From: a virus
Virus record (IMG/VR): IMGVR_UViG_3300037010_002425
Span: 5,203 to 69,202 of that record
Reading direction: 5' to 3' (one strand)
DNA: 64,000 nucleotides
Shown one piece after another: positions 8,654-16,909 of the stretch. The stretch's first letter is position 1. Every line of letters begins with the position of its first letter. The position numbers were made by a program, and so were the translations under genes. The notes beneath the pieces are model-generated. The model did no database searches and had not been told where the DNA came from. It was given only the letters and a program-made list of their open reading frames with translations.

Positions 8654-9399
8654 ACCTTGTGAGCCTGTACGCCAAGGCGGATGTCAGAATTTCGGTAGCC
8701 TAGCCGCAGCAACGCCTTTCGAAGCCTATCCGCCTCCTCCAAGCACTCTTGCATAGGGATCCCGTCCACGGGCTGTAGATAGACGCTTTGTCCTAAAAGC
8801 TTAGCGTACGGCGGAATGTCGAGCGGAAGAGCCGAGGTGCCGGGCACCAGAAGCAGCTTGAGGCAGTCAAACTGAACGAGGTGATCGTGCGACTTGTATT
8901 GCTGTGCAAGTGGCGCGGGGGGCTTCGGAGCTAGCGCGTAGTGGGTATTCCATGCTTTATCGAGGGGAGGCAGAACACCGTTGGTCTCGATGACGACCTC
9001 CGTCTGGCCCTTAGCGTTTTGGAGAATCACGTCTACTAGCCGCTGGCTAAGCTGCAGGAGCGGTTCCCCTCCGGTAAAGACGATGAGGGCGTCGGGCTCG
9101 GGAGTCATATCGAGCACCCGCCTAACAAGTTCTTCGAACGTCAACACGCCTCCGTTGGCCCCGTTAGGCTTCGCGAAGTCGGTGTCGCAGAAGCGAACGC
9201 AGGAACCGTTCGGCGTTTCCGCAAGGCGAGTCTCTTCTCGCCCCGACCAGAGGTTGCAGCCGGCGAAACGCACGAAGGTAGCGAGCCGCCCAAGACGAGA
9301 GCCCTCGCCCTGGTACGTTTTGAAGATGCTGTTAACCGCGTAGCGGTCGCGGGAGACAATCCCGTCGGTAACGGGAAGGTGCTTGTTGTCAGAAGCCAT
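8638..9399 (-). CDS. queE: 7-carboxy-7-deazaguanine synthase (radical SAM)
   Basis: YQGEG, FVRFAGCNLWSGREE...CVRFCDTDF, TGGEPLLQ, IETNG, QAHK. Confidence 0.93.
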   Translation of the reverse strand: MASDNKHLPVTDGIVSRDRYAVNSIFKTYQGEGSRLGRLATFVRFAGCNLWSGREETRLAETPNGSCVRFCDTDFAKPNGANGGVLTFEELVRRVLDMTPEPDALIVFTGGEPLLQLSQRLVDVILQNAKGQTEVVIETNGVLPPLDKAWNTHYALAPKPPAPLAQQYKSHDHLVQFDCLKLLLVPGTSALPLDIPPYAKLLGQSVYLQPVDGIPMQECLEEADRLRKALLRLGYRNSDIRLGVQAHKVWELP

Positions 9400-9919
9400 C
9401 GCAAGCGCTCGCTTTCCCGTTGGGAGTTTCGTACACCTCGATGCCCGTCACGAAGACGCTTTTGCTAACCGCGGCGAGGCTGCGGCGCGCCTGCTCAAGC
9501 ACGTAGAGCGCCAGGCACTCGGCCGTGGGCGGGTCCTGCATGATCACGAGCTTCGTTCTCTCGTCGGCAGCCAGTGCGGGAATGAGCGGGTCGCCCACCT
9601 GCAGGATAGTCGCGTGGTCAAGAGTCTCGTTAAGCCACTTTCCGACGGTGCTCTTGATGTCGTCGAAGTCGATGATCATCCCGTCGTTATTGGCGAGTTC
9701 TTGATGCCAGCCGCTAGCCAGTGGCTCGATAAGCTTGTGGCCGGTACCGACAGATTCGTGGCCAATTTCGACGGTTAGAAGAAAGTCGTAGCGGTGGCCG
9801 TGCAGCCCCGAGCACTTCCCCTTGTGGGCGAGCAGGCGGTGCGCGGAGTCGATGGACATTCGAATCGTCGCCGACGGACGAAGACGACGAAGGCCAGAAG
9901 TAATGTGTGTAACGCTCAT
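9389..9919 (-). CDS. queD: 6-carboxy-5,6,7,8-tetrahydropterin synthase
   Basis: SAHRL...GKCSGLHGHRY, MIIDF, LDH, PTAE, ETP. Confidence 0.93.
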   Translation of the reverse strand: MSVTHITSGLRRLRPSATIRMSIDSAHRLLAHKGKCSGLHGHRYDFLLTVEIGHESVGTGHKLIEPLASGWHQELANNDGMIIDFDDIKSTVGKWLNETLDHATILQVGDPLIPALAADERTKLVIMQDPPTAECLALYVLEQARRSLAAVSKSVFVTGIEVYETPNGKASACDGF

Positions 9920-10386
9920 TTTCCACCTCGCAGGTTCAGGATGATTCCGCGGCCCTTAGCTTCCGGCGCTTTCCCGCCGTAGCCCGCCATGGGGCTAATC
10001 TTCGAGCCGTCCACGTTTTCGTTAACGACGACGATTCGGCCCTTGTACATGCCCACCTCGTTCTGCAGCAGCGGGCGAACGGGGGTCTCTCGCAGCCGGC
10101 CGTCGGCGTATTCGAGGAGCTTGGGCGCGTACTTGGACAGATGCTCGAAGTTCGGGTCCTGGCGCATCTCGCTCCAGTCGCTCATCGAGATCTGCGTCAC
10201 GTTGGGGACGTTGTGGTCAGTGAGCCGGCCCACCAATGCCTTTTCCACGGCCTCCGTAAACATCTCGTTGTGGCGGAGCGCCTGCTTTGCATCGCGAACA
10301 ACGGCACCATCGCCGTCGTCAACGAGCTTGGGAGCTTCCGTGCTTTTTTCACCGATACGAGCCACGATCTTCGGGTTGTACGCCAT
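9916..10386 (-). CDS. Hypothetical protein, first gene of the que operon
   Basis: 156 aa, ATGA-coupled to queD, AAAGGA ribosome binding site. Confidence 0.65.
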   Translation of the reverse strand: MAYNPKIVARIGEKSTEAPKLVDDGDGAVVRDAKQALRHNEMFTEAVEKALVGRLTDHNVPNVTQISMSDWSEMRQDPNFEHLSKYAPKLLEYADGRLRETPVRPLLQNEVGMYKGRIVVVNENVDGSKISPMAGYGGKAPEAKGRGIILNLRGGK

Positions 10387-10401
10387 TATCGATTCCTTTC
10401 G

Positions 10402-10438
10402 AAAAGAGAGTGCCCCGCCAGGGTATCCCAGCGGGGCA
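10402..10438 (-). terminator. Intrinsic terminator
   Basis: TGCCCCGC / GCGGGGCA stem followed by CTCTCTTTT on the minus strand. Confidence 0.55.
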
Positions 10439-10470
10439 GTCGTGTCATTAGAGGGAATTTCGCCTAGAGG

Positions 10471-11754
10471 CTACTTCTTCTTGCCTTTGCCCTTGCCGCC
10501 CTTGCCGACGTAGATCTTCGCCCCATTAGCGCCGATATAGTATTGGCCGCCGCGGCGCCCGGTCATCATGCTCTTGGCGGGGGCAGCCTTCTTCGGAGCC
10601 GACTTGGCTTTCGCCGCAATCTGCTTGTCGAGCTGCGCACGAAGCGCCTTCCCGGTCCCGGTATGCTTGAGGCTACGCGCCATTGCCGCAGCACCCTTTG
10701 CCCCGCGCTTGCCGATGAGTGCCTTCGCCTTCGCGTGGTCAGCGCGGGAGGGCTTCACCGACACGGGAGGAGCCGACGCCTTGGCGGTCTTCTTGGCGGC
10801 GGGGGCTGCTGCCTTTGCGGCAGCTTTCTTCGCCATCGCCTTTTCGAAACCCGCGGCACGGTTGGCTTTCACGCCCACCATCTTCATCCCGGGCCGCGGC
10901 GTCTTCTTCTCCGCCTTGGCAGCGGCGACGGGAGCTGCGTTCGGCATCGGTTTCGGCGTACCGAGTCGGGCCTTGAGAGCATCGAGCCCCTTCGGCTTCG
11001 CAGCACGGGCGGCCTTCGCTTCGCGCGCTTTGTCGAGGGCGGCGCGCTTGCCAACGCTCTTGTCGCGCATCGTCTTGGGACCGCTCATGCTGGCGGGGCC
11101 CATGCCGGCGATCGTCGGAGGCCCAGAAGGCATCGTCTTCGGCCCGCCTCCACTATCCTTGCTGCGCAGAGCAGCCACCTTCTGCGAGCCCGCGGCGCGA
11201 GAGGCGAGCTTGTCTTCGCGGGTAGCCATCGGACGGGGCACTTTATCCCAGCCCTTATCGATGGCACTCGTATCGGGCGCCTTGGCTTTGCCTTTGGCGA
11301 CAACGGCGGCGAGCGCGCTGCTGCGCATAGTGGCGGGAGCCGGCTCAGGAGCAGAAAGCTTGCCGCCCTGCTTCTTGAGCCGCAGAGACTTCAGCTTGTT
11401 ACGGAGGCCCACCTCTTTCCCGATGCTCTTGTACGCCTTCTCTGCCGCCTTCGCCCCGCGCCCATGCATTGCCTCCATATGGGCACCCTGCGCGTCTTCG
11501 AGCTTGGAAGCAGAGGCGCGCGAGTAGTCCTTATCCCGCTTCTTGCCGGTGAGGTCCCGGTCGCGGCCCCGCGAAAGCGCCTTCACCTTTTTGGCAGCGG
11601 GAACGGCTGCCTTGGCAGGAGAGGGGCCGATCCATTTGTGCTCCGTTACGGTAGCCCCGCTCTTGTCTTTTGTGACCTTCGCAGGGCCAAAGTTAGAGTC
11701 GCCGAGTACGCGGTGAATGTCCGACGAGCTGGTCTGCAGTGTTTTCTTCGACAT
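10471..11754 (-). CDS. Histone H1-like Lys/Ala-rich DNA-binding protein
   Basis: Extreme K/A/P bias (AAKK, PAAKK); C-terminal TGRRGGQYYIGANGAKIYV resembling the PBCV basic adaptor domain; AAGGAG ribosome binding site. Confidence 0.7.
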   Translation of the reverse strand: MSKKTLQTSSSDIHRVLGDSNFGPAKVTKDKSGATVTEHKWIGPSPAKAAVPAAKKVKALSRGRDRDLTGKKRDKDYSRASASKLEDAQGAHMEAMHGRGAKAAEKAYKSIGKEVGLRNKLKSLRLKKQGGKLSAPEPAPATMRSSALAAVVAKGKAKAPDTSAIDKGWDKVPRPMATREDKLASRAAGSQKVAALRSKDSGGGPKTMPSGPPTIAGMGPASMSGPKTMRDKSVGKRAALDKAREAKAARAAKPKGLDALKARLGTPKPMPNAAPVAAAKAEKKTPRPGMKMVGVKANRAAGFEKAMAKKAAAKAAAPAAKKTAKASAPPVSVKPSRADHAKAKALIGKRGAKGAAAMARSLKHTGTGKALRAQLDKQIAAKAKSAPKKAAPAKSMMTGRRGGQYYIGANGAKIYVGKGGKGKGKKK

Positions 11755-11994
11755 TGGTGCTTTCTCCTTAACGGTTGATGCACTTGCAGCGGTGGGGCGC
11801 GGCGAAGTTTTCTTTTCGCGCTTCGCGATTGAGCGCGCTCAGTTGTGCCGCCGCTTTTGCAACGTGGAACCGGGTGTGTGCGGCGCGCTAATGCGCGTTC
11901 CGTCGTTTCCTTGTCCTCGGCGAGGTCCCGGTCTTCGTGGTGGAAGAAGGGGTTTTGCCGCGGTACTTCGGCGCGGCCTTGGTACCTGTAGCCA

Positions 11995-12417
11995 TTAGTC
12001 GTCTCCAATCTGCTCGTTTTCAGGCGTTTCTGGGTAGCGTTCCCTATCCGCCATGAAGCCGCTAACGAGCTGCATGAAGACGGAGAACTCAATAATGACG
12101 TAGCCGGTCGAGTCTCCATGCTGCTTGAACACCACGATGGGGGAAAGTTTAGAGCGAGCCTTTGCGATGGCTTCCCGCGTTTGCCTAATCCAGGCCGGAA
12201 ACGCGAGGGTCTTCGTATTCTTGCATTCAACCCAGAAGGGAAAGCGCTTCTGGGCTGCGGGGGAAAGCCCGATGTCGCACTCATCGGTGCCTGACTTTGT
12301 AGATACCACATCTCCTTCGCCAAACTGCATCCAGACTGCGATTGCGTCCTCCACAGCCTTTTCCCAGCTTTTTCCCTTGGTCTTGGAGCGTCTTCCGAGT
12401 CTTGCGCGGTCAGTCAT
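11995..12417 (-). CDS. PD-(D/E)XK nuclease, Holliday junction resolvase-like
   Basis: SKTKGKSWE...DI...VECKN pattern; ribosome binding site before MTDRAR. Confidence 0.75.
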   Translation of the reverse strand: MTDRARLGRRSKTKGKSWEKAVEDAIAVWMQFGEGDVVSTKSGTDECDIGLSPAAQKRFPFWVECKNTKTLAFPAWIRQTREAIAKARSKLSPIVVFKQHGDSTGYVIIEFSVFMQLVSGFMADRERYPETPENEQIGDD

Positions 12418-12730
12418 GGGACACCTCTCCCTTTGCATCGCACAAAAGGCGAACGAGCAGAAGGGCGGTGACAACGCAGTCAGCCTCCCCCTGCTCGCCA
12501 GCCGTTAACGACGGCAGCCTTTCGTTGATCAACGTCGGAACCGCCGCGTACAGGAAGCCCTGTCTGGAAAACACGCGGTTCGCAACGGATACGGCTTTAA
12601 TGGCCGCCGACACAGACTCAGGGCCGATGGCCCGCAAGACGACGCTTTTCTCCTCGCGAATTGCGTAGACGATAGACGCCGCTAATCCGTTCGTAGTTGT
12701 TGTTTTCTTAACTCGGATCTCGACGCGCAT
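12410..12730 (-). CDS. spoVS: SpoVS-family (Alba-like) nucleic-acid-binding protein
   Basis: IRVKKTT...LAASIVYAIRE...LRAIGPESVSAAIKAVSVA...GF...VP matches the SpoVS pattern (VAGAI...QAIGAGAVNQAVKAIAIA). Confidence 0.75.
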   Translation of the reverse strand: MRVEIRVKKTTTTNGLAASIVYAIREEKSVVLRAIGPESVSAAIKAVSVANRVFSRQGFLYAAVPTLINERLPSLTAGEQGEADCVVTALLLVRLLCDAKGEVSHD

Positions 12731-13223
12731 TCTCGTCTCCCTGTCTCCGGGACATCTCCCGTGACAGAGCGCTAGCACGCCGTTCGAAAGACTTCAGCCT
12801 CGCCCGTAGGAGCTTGGATTTAGCTTCTTTTTCGAGGCGGTCGAGGTCCGCGCTGACGAACTCGGGGTCCATCCGCGTCTTCATATCCTTGTCTTTGACG
12901 GTGCCGGCTTTCTTGTGGCGAATGTTCGCCTCTAGCTGGGTTACCCAAACTTCCGCCTCTGCAGCATCGATGTCGAGAAGCGCGCATTCCCGCTCCAGGT
13001 ATTCGAGGTAGGCCACGTGGTGCAGGTAGAGGCGGCCGAGGTCGTCACTAGTGAGGTCCGCCGCGTCAATGACGGAGGAGGGCACGGCGCATTGCTCCAC
13101 CTCGCCGAATCCCTGTGCATCCCAGTAATCGTTAGCAGCGCCGCGCATACGGCCCCGCTGCCATTCCGGCTTCGGGCCGAACTTCTCCGCAGCCCGCGCG
13201 GCTAATAGCCCTTTGAGCTTCAC
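12708..13223 (-). CDS. Helical protein, possible UvsY-like recombination mediator
   Basis: GTG start with GGAGG; coiled-coil character, ends ALSREMSRR; lies in the recombination cluster. Confidence 0.5.
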   Translation of the reverse strand: MKLKGLLAARAAEKFGPKPEWQRGRMRGAANDYWDAQGFGEVEQCAVPSSVIDAADLTSDDLGRLYLHHVAYLEYLERECALLDIDAAEAEVWVTQLEANIRHKKAGTVKDKDMKTRMDPEFVSADLDRLEKEAKSKLLRARLKSFERRASALSREMSRRQGDENARRDPS

Positions 13224-14095
13224 AGGCACACCTCCTGCGAAGCGCGTGTTTCTGGCGTCCGCCGGTCGAATGCATCCCAGCGTGCGAGTCCCCGGCGTTC
13301 GGCGGTGCAGATCTCCGCGTAGAGGCACTCGCGGTCGCAGTCGGCCTCGACGTAGACGGGGAGTTTCTTGCGTTTCGTGGATTCGAGCAGCCCGATGCAG
13401 AACTCTTCAATCTCGCCGACAGTCTTTTCGTCGTAGCGAACGTAGAACGAGGCGGCAGGGCCGGCCCAAGCCTGGGAATCCTTGTTTTCGTAGAGGACGT
13501 AGCCGGCGCCGACGCGGGCCATCATCATGTACGTGAGCACCTGCATCCGGTGCCGCTGTTCGGGCTCTTTGAGCGACTTGCAGCCTTTAGAGCCTTTGGT
13601 TTTGAAGTCGATAAGGTACCGGTCGCCGCTGTCCATCGTCACGATGGCATCTGCGTTTCCCGCGATGGGAAGGAAGCTGTGTTGCAGGCGCTTCTCTAGT
13701 TCGACCTTTCCAATCCCGAAGTGGTTATCCCGCGCCATGCGAGTAAAGAGCTTTCCGAGGCCGACGTGCCTGTTGTCTCCGTTATCGAAGATCTTCAGCA
13801 TCGTAACGTTCGTCTTTGGCACTCGCGGCGAGCACAGAAGGTCGAACACGATTGCCCGCTTGCAGCCCGCCGTGTTCGGGTGAAGGCCCGACGAGGGATG
13901 GAAGTAGCCTTGCGGGCGACCGAGGCGGTCTTTGTTGTAGTGCTCCCAGATGTAGCTATTCGCGAGCATCTCGAAGTCGATCGTCGGAACGTCGGGGTCG
14001 ATAGCGGCGTAACTCTCGTCTTTTGCAGAGGCTTTCTTCGCGCGCGGCGGCGCTTTTTGCGAGAAAACGCTCAGTAGCAGTTTCTTCATTGTCAT
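13220..14095 (-). CDS. Cas4-like PD-(D/E)XK exonuclease
   Basis: FHPSS..C, GNADAI...LIDFKT, QVLTYM, YENKD, C-terminal Cys cluster (CDRECLYAEIC). Confidence 0.8.
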   Translation of the reverse strand: MTMKKLLLSVFSQKAPPRAKKASAKDESYAAIDPDVPTIDFEMLANSYIWEHYNKDRLGRPQGYFHPSSGLHPNTAGCKRAIVFDLLCSPRVPKTNVTMLKIFDNGDNRHVGLGKLFTRMARDNHFGIGKVELEKRLQHSFLPIAGNADAIVTMDSGDRYLIDFKTKGSKGCKSLKEPEQRHRMQVLTYMMMARVGAGYVLYENKDSQAWAGPAASFYVRYDEKTVGEIEEFCIGLLESTKRKKLPVYVEADCDRECLYAEICTAERRGLARWDAFDRRTPETRASQEVCL

Positions 14096-14110
14096 CGGTT
14101 AACCCTCGGC

Positions 14111-14145
14111 AAAGAGAAGGGGAGGGGCCGTTAGGACCCCTCCCC
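14111..14145 (-). terminator. Intrinsic terminator
   Basis: GGGGAGGGG / CCCCTCCCC stem followed by TTCTCTTT on the minus strand. Confidence 0.6.
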
Positions 14146-14174
14146 AGTTTGTCGCTTCATCGCGCTCGTGTCGT

Positions 14175-14714
14175 TCAGGCTGCGAGCTTGCCCGGCTTCC
14201 CAGGCTTGCCCGGCTTCCCGGGAGGCGCCGAAACGGCCTTGGCCGGCTTACCGGGCTTCCCGGGAGGCGCCGAAACGGCCTTGGCCGGCTTACCGGGCTT
14301 CCCCGGGGGCGCGACGGGCTTCTTCGCCGGGGGAAGCTTGTCCCGCAGGTCGGCGAGCTTCGCCTTCGAGGTCTCGACGGAAACGGCCGGCTTCGAGGGC
14401 ACTTCCTTCTTCGCTTTCGCCGGCGTGGAAGCGGCGGCCTTCGCCTTCGGTTCCTTGGGGGCCGCCTTGGCGCCCCAATCTTTCTTCTCGGCTTCGAGGG
14501 CGACCAGGCCCTTGAGGAGTTCCTTCGCGAGGAACGGGCCGGATTCCTTCGAGCGAATCAGCTTGCGGAGGCGGGCCACCCGGTCCGCGTCGGCGATGAG
14601 AGCCGAGAGCGACACGTGCGTGTACTTCCGGAGGTTGCGGTAGGCGAGCTTCGCTTCGGGCTCGGCGGCGGGGGTGCTTTTGGCCGACTTGGTCGGTGCG
14701 GGTGCCTTTTTCAT
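14175..14714 (-). CDS. Basic low-complexity protein with PGK repeats
   Basis: Lys/Pro/Ala-rich; tandem 39-bp units encoding PPGKPGKPAKAVSA-like repeats. Confidence 0.65.
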   Translation of the reverse strand: MKKAPAPTKSAKSTPAAEPEAKLAYRNLRKYTHVSLSALIADADRVARLRKLIRSKESGPFLAKELLKGLVALEAEKKDWGAKAAPKEPKAKAAASTPAKAKKEVPSKPAVSVETSKAKLADLRDKLPPAKKPVAPPGKPGKPAKAVSAPPGKPGKPAKAVSAPPGKPGKPGKPGKLAA

Positions 14715-14795
14715 GATCTCTGCTTTCTGGTTTGGGTTGTAGCGTGGCTGTTAGAGCCCGATTAGTGACGGAGTTTGTAGCGGTCGTCAAACGCT

Positions 14796-15128
14796 TTATT
14801 CGTCGACCCGGTCTTTTAGAGCGAGAAAGTCGTCGAGGCGGAGAACGGCGTAGCTGCGGCCGGACATCTCGATGATCATTGCCGGGAGGCGGTCCCCCGT
14901 GCGCATAGCCTCCACCTCGATCTTCCGTAGCAGCGGAAGGGTAAGGCGGAACGCCTGCGTTTTCGTTTGCTTAGCCTCGATGAGCCACCCGGGGGCTTTC
15001 ACGTCCCCGTGCAGGCCGGGCTGGTTTCCGCTCCCGACAACGCGCTTGCCGCCCATGGCGACGGCGATTCGGTGCTCCTGTTTAGCGCTCGATTGCTGCC
15101 GGCGGTAGCTGAGGGAGGCTTTTTTCAC
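14796..15128 (-). CDS. PD-(D/E)XK nuclease, Holliday junction resolvase-like
   Basis: QEHRIA..MGG...GSG...GDV....LIEAKQT. Confidence 0.75.
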   Translation of the reverse strand: MKKASLSYRRQQSSAKQEHRIAVAMGGKRVVGSGNQPGLHGDVKAPGWLIEAKQTKTQAFRLTLPLLRKIEVEAMRTGDRLPAMIIEMSGRSYAVLRLDDFLALKDRVDE

Positions 15129-15334
15129 CGGCGGCTCCTGCCCTTCCAGGCAAGCTGGACCGAGGTCAGCCCTAGCGCCATCACTTCGCTTTCGCGGAGA
15201 AAGTGCGAGCGGGCCACCGTCCGTGAAGTGAGCTTCCCCGCTTTCAGAGCATTGCGGATGGTGTGGGAAGAGACGCCGCGACGGATCGCGGCGGCCATTA
15301 CAGTCATCGTGTACCCCTCGTCGGCGGCAGTCAT
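15125..15334 (-). CDS. Small excisionase-like helix-turn-helix protein
   Basis: MTVMAAAIRRGVSSHTIRNALKAGKL; ATGA-coupled to the recombinase gene. Confidence 0.65.
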   Translation of the reverse strand: MTAADEGYTMTVMAAAIRRGVSSHTIRNALKAGKLTSRTVARSHFLRESEVMALGLTSVQLAWKGRSRR

Positions 15335-16707
15335 GAGCGGAGCGCCTCCAAGGTTGCGGCCCACAGGGCGGAAAGCACGTCCGGGTTCCCCTTCAGGAAT
15401 TCCGCGAACTTTTCCTTTCCGTTCCACTTCGCCTCAGTGAGGTCTTTCCGCACGCCTTTGAAGGTAAGGCGGTAGTTAGAGCCTGCCCGCGTCACCGTGC
15501 TCGACATGAGCGCGTATTGGAGCAAGTCGCCGGCGTAGTCGATGTCGCCCATACGGTTTGCACCGTAGTCGGCCAGGAACATCTTGTAGGTGCCTTCTCG
15601 GAGCGGCGCCGACAGCTTGTTCTTCAAGCACTTAACGCGCGTCTCTTGGGCGAAGGTAAACGCCTTGCCGCGGGAGTCCTCGATCTGGTCGTACTCCCCC
15701 TTGTAGATGAACAGAATAATATGGTGATTGTGCTTGTTGCCTTCGCCGCCCTTAATGGATTGCGTCTTGTACTTGGCCCGCGCCGTGGTCCCGATAACGG
15801 TGACGATCTGATTCAGGTGAATCATGGTCGTATCGTTCGTGTGGAGGCCGTCTTTAGAGCGGTTACCCGCCCCGTCGTAGCGGTAGTTCATGATCAGATT
15901 ACAGCGCGCGGTATAATCGTTAATCATCTTGGGTTCGCGTGCAAAGTCCTGCGCGTCCTGCACCTCGTTCTCTTCAAGCCATTTGGTGCTCTTGGCGATG
16001 CCGAACGAGTCCACGACGACGTACGCGAACATGTTCGACTTGAGCAGGTCGAGCGCCGCGTCAAGGGCCACGTCTCCGCGGCTTTCCTGGACAAGCACGA
16101 ACGGGGAGACCTCTTTGTAGGGGTCCGTGATGCCAGCCTCTTGCATCCGGTGTAGCTCCAGCTCGGAGGCATCGGCAAACGGGTCCAGCGGCACCTTCTT
16201 GCCCGTTTGCGGGTCGAGCACGAGTTGCTCAGAGAACGGGAGGAAGAAGCCTCGTTCACGCGCCCAGCGTTTCGAGAAGGGTTCGATGGCAACCCACGCG
16301 CAAGCCTCGCGGGTAGTGCGCTGCAGAACGGCGAGAGCCTCGATAGCGAGCGACGTTTTCCCGGATGAGAACTCGCCGCCGATCTCGACACAGCCACCGA
16401 CGGGATAGCCGCCGCCCGTAACGTAGTCGACAGAGGGCACCCCGCTGCTTCGCCGGCGCTTGTCGGAGCGGCCGTATTCGGAAGCGCGGAAGACACGGCC
16501 GCCGCCAGCGAGGCGCTTGTTAATGGAATCGATGACACCCGAAATGCGGTCGTAGCTGACAGTCTTCGGAGCTGCCGCCATGTTGGCGTCGCGCTGGCGC
16601 TTCTTCTCCCCGACGGTCATCCGCTTGTTGCTTTTGGCAACCTCAGGTCCCGTCTCTACGGGCGCGTTCGGCTGCTTCAGCTTCAGCTTTAGTTTCTTCG
16701 CTGCCAT
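15331..16707 (-). CDS. recA: RecA/UvsX-like recombinase
   Basis: SSGVPSVDYVTGGGYPVG..VEIGGEFSSGKTS (Walker A), VVVDS (Walker B), LNQ, GG, KNK; has insertions. Confidence 0.88.
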   Translation of the reverse strand: MAAKKLKLKLKQPNAPVETGPEVAKSNKRMTVGEKKRQRDANMAAAPKTVSYDRISGVIDSINKRLAGGGRVFRASEYGRSDKRRRSSGVPSVDYVTGGGYPVGGCVEIGGEFSSGKTSLAIEALAVLQRTTREACAWVAIEPFSKRWARERGFFLPFSEQLVLDPQTGKKVPLDPFADASELELHRMQEAGITDPYKEVSPFVLVQESRGDVALDAALDLLKSNMFAYVVVDSFGIAKSTKWLEENEVQDAQDFAREPKMINDYTARCNLIMNYRYDGAGNRSKDGLHTNDTTMIHLNQIVTVIGTTARAKYKTQSIKGGEGNKHNHHIILFIYKGEYDQIEDSRGKAFTFAQETRVKCLKNKLSAPLREGTYKMFLADYGANRMGDIDYAGDLLQYALMSSTVTRAGSNYRLTFKGVRKDLTEAKWNGKEKFAEFLKGNPDVLSALWAATLEALRS

Positions 16708-16909
16708 CTTTTCCGTCCTTATCGAATAGCTCGTTTAGTTGCTTCTGCCGCCGCCGGCACCCTCCGCATTGCGGAATGCCCATGCGCGAAGTCACGATCT
16801 TTATAGCATCGCCGAGGCGAAGCCGCTCTAATGCGCGTTTAAGACACCCGGAGCAGGCACCGTGCTTAGCGCCCGCGTCCAGGGGTTGGCTGCAGAGGCA
16901 GCAGGTCAC
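16643..16909 (-). CDS. Small Cys-rich hypothetical protein
   Basis: CCLC, CSGC, CGGCRRRQ..LN. Confidence 0.55.
   Translation of the reverse strand: MTCCLCSQPLDAGAKHGACSGCLKRALERLRLGDAIKIVTSRMGIPQCGGCRRRQKQLNELFDKDGKDGSEETKAEAEAAERARRDGT

Noticed and set aside
13220-14330. CRISPR-Cas locus (Cas4-like gene next to repeats)
   Set aside because: The repeats are in-frame coding PGK units without unique spacers, and there are no other cas genes
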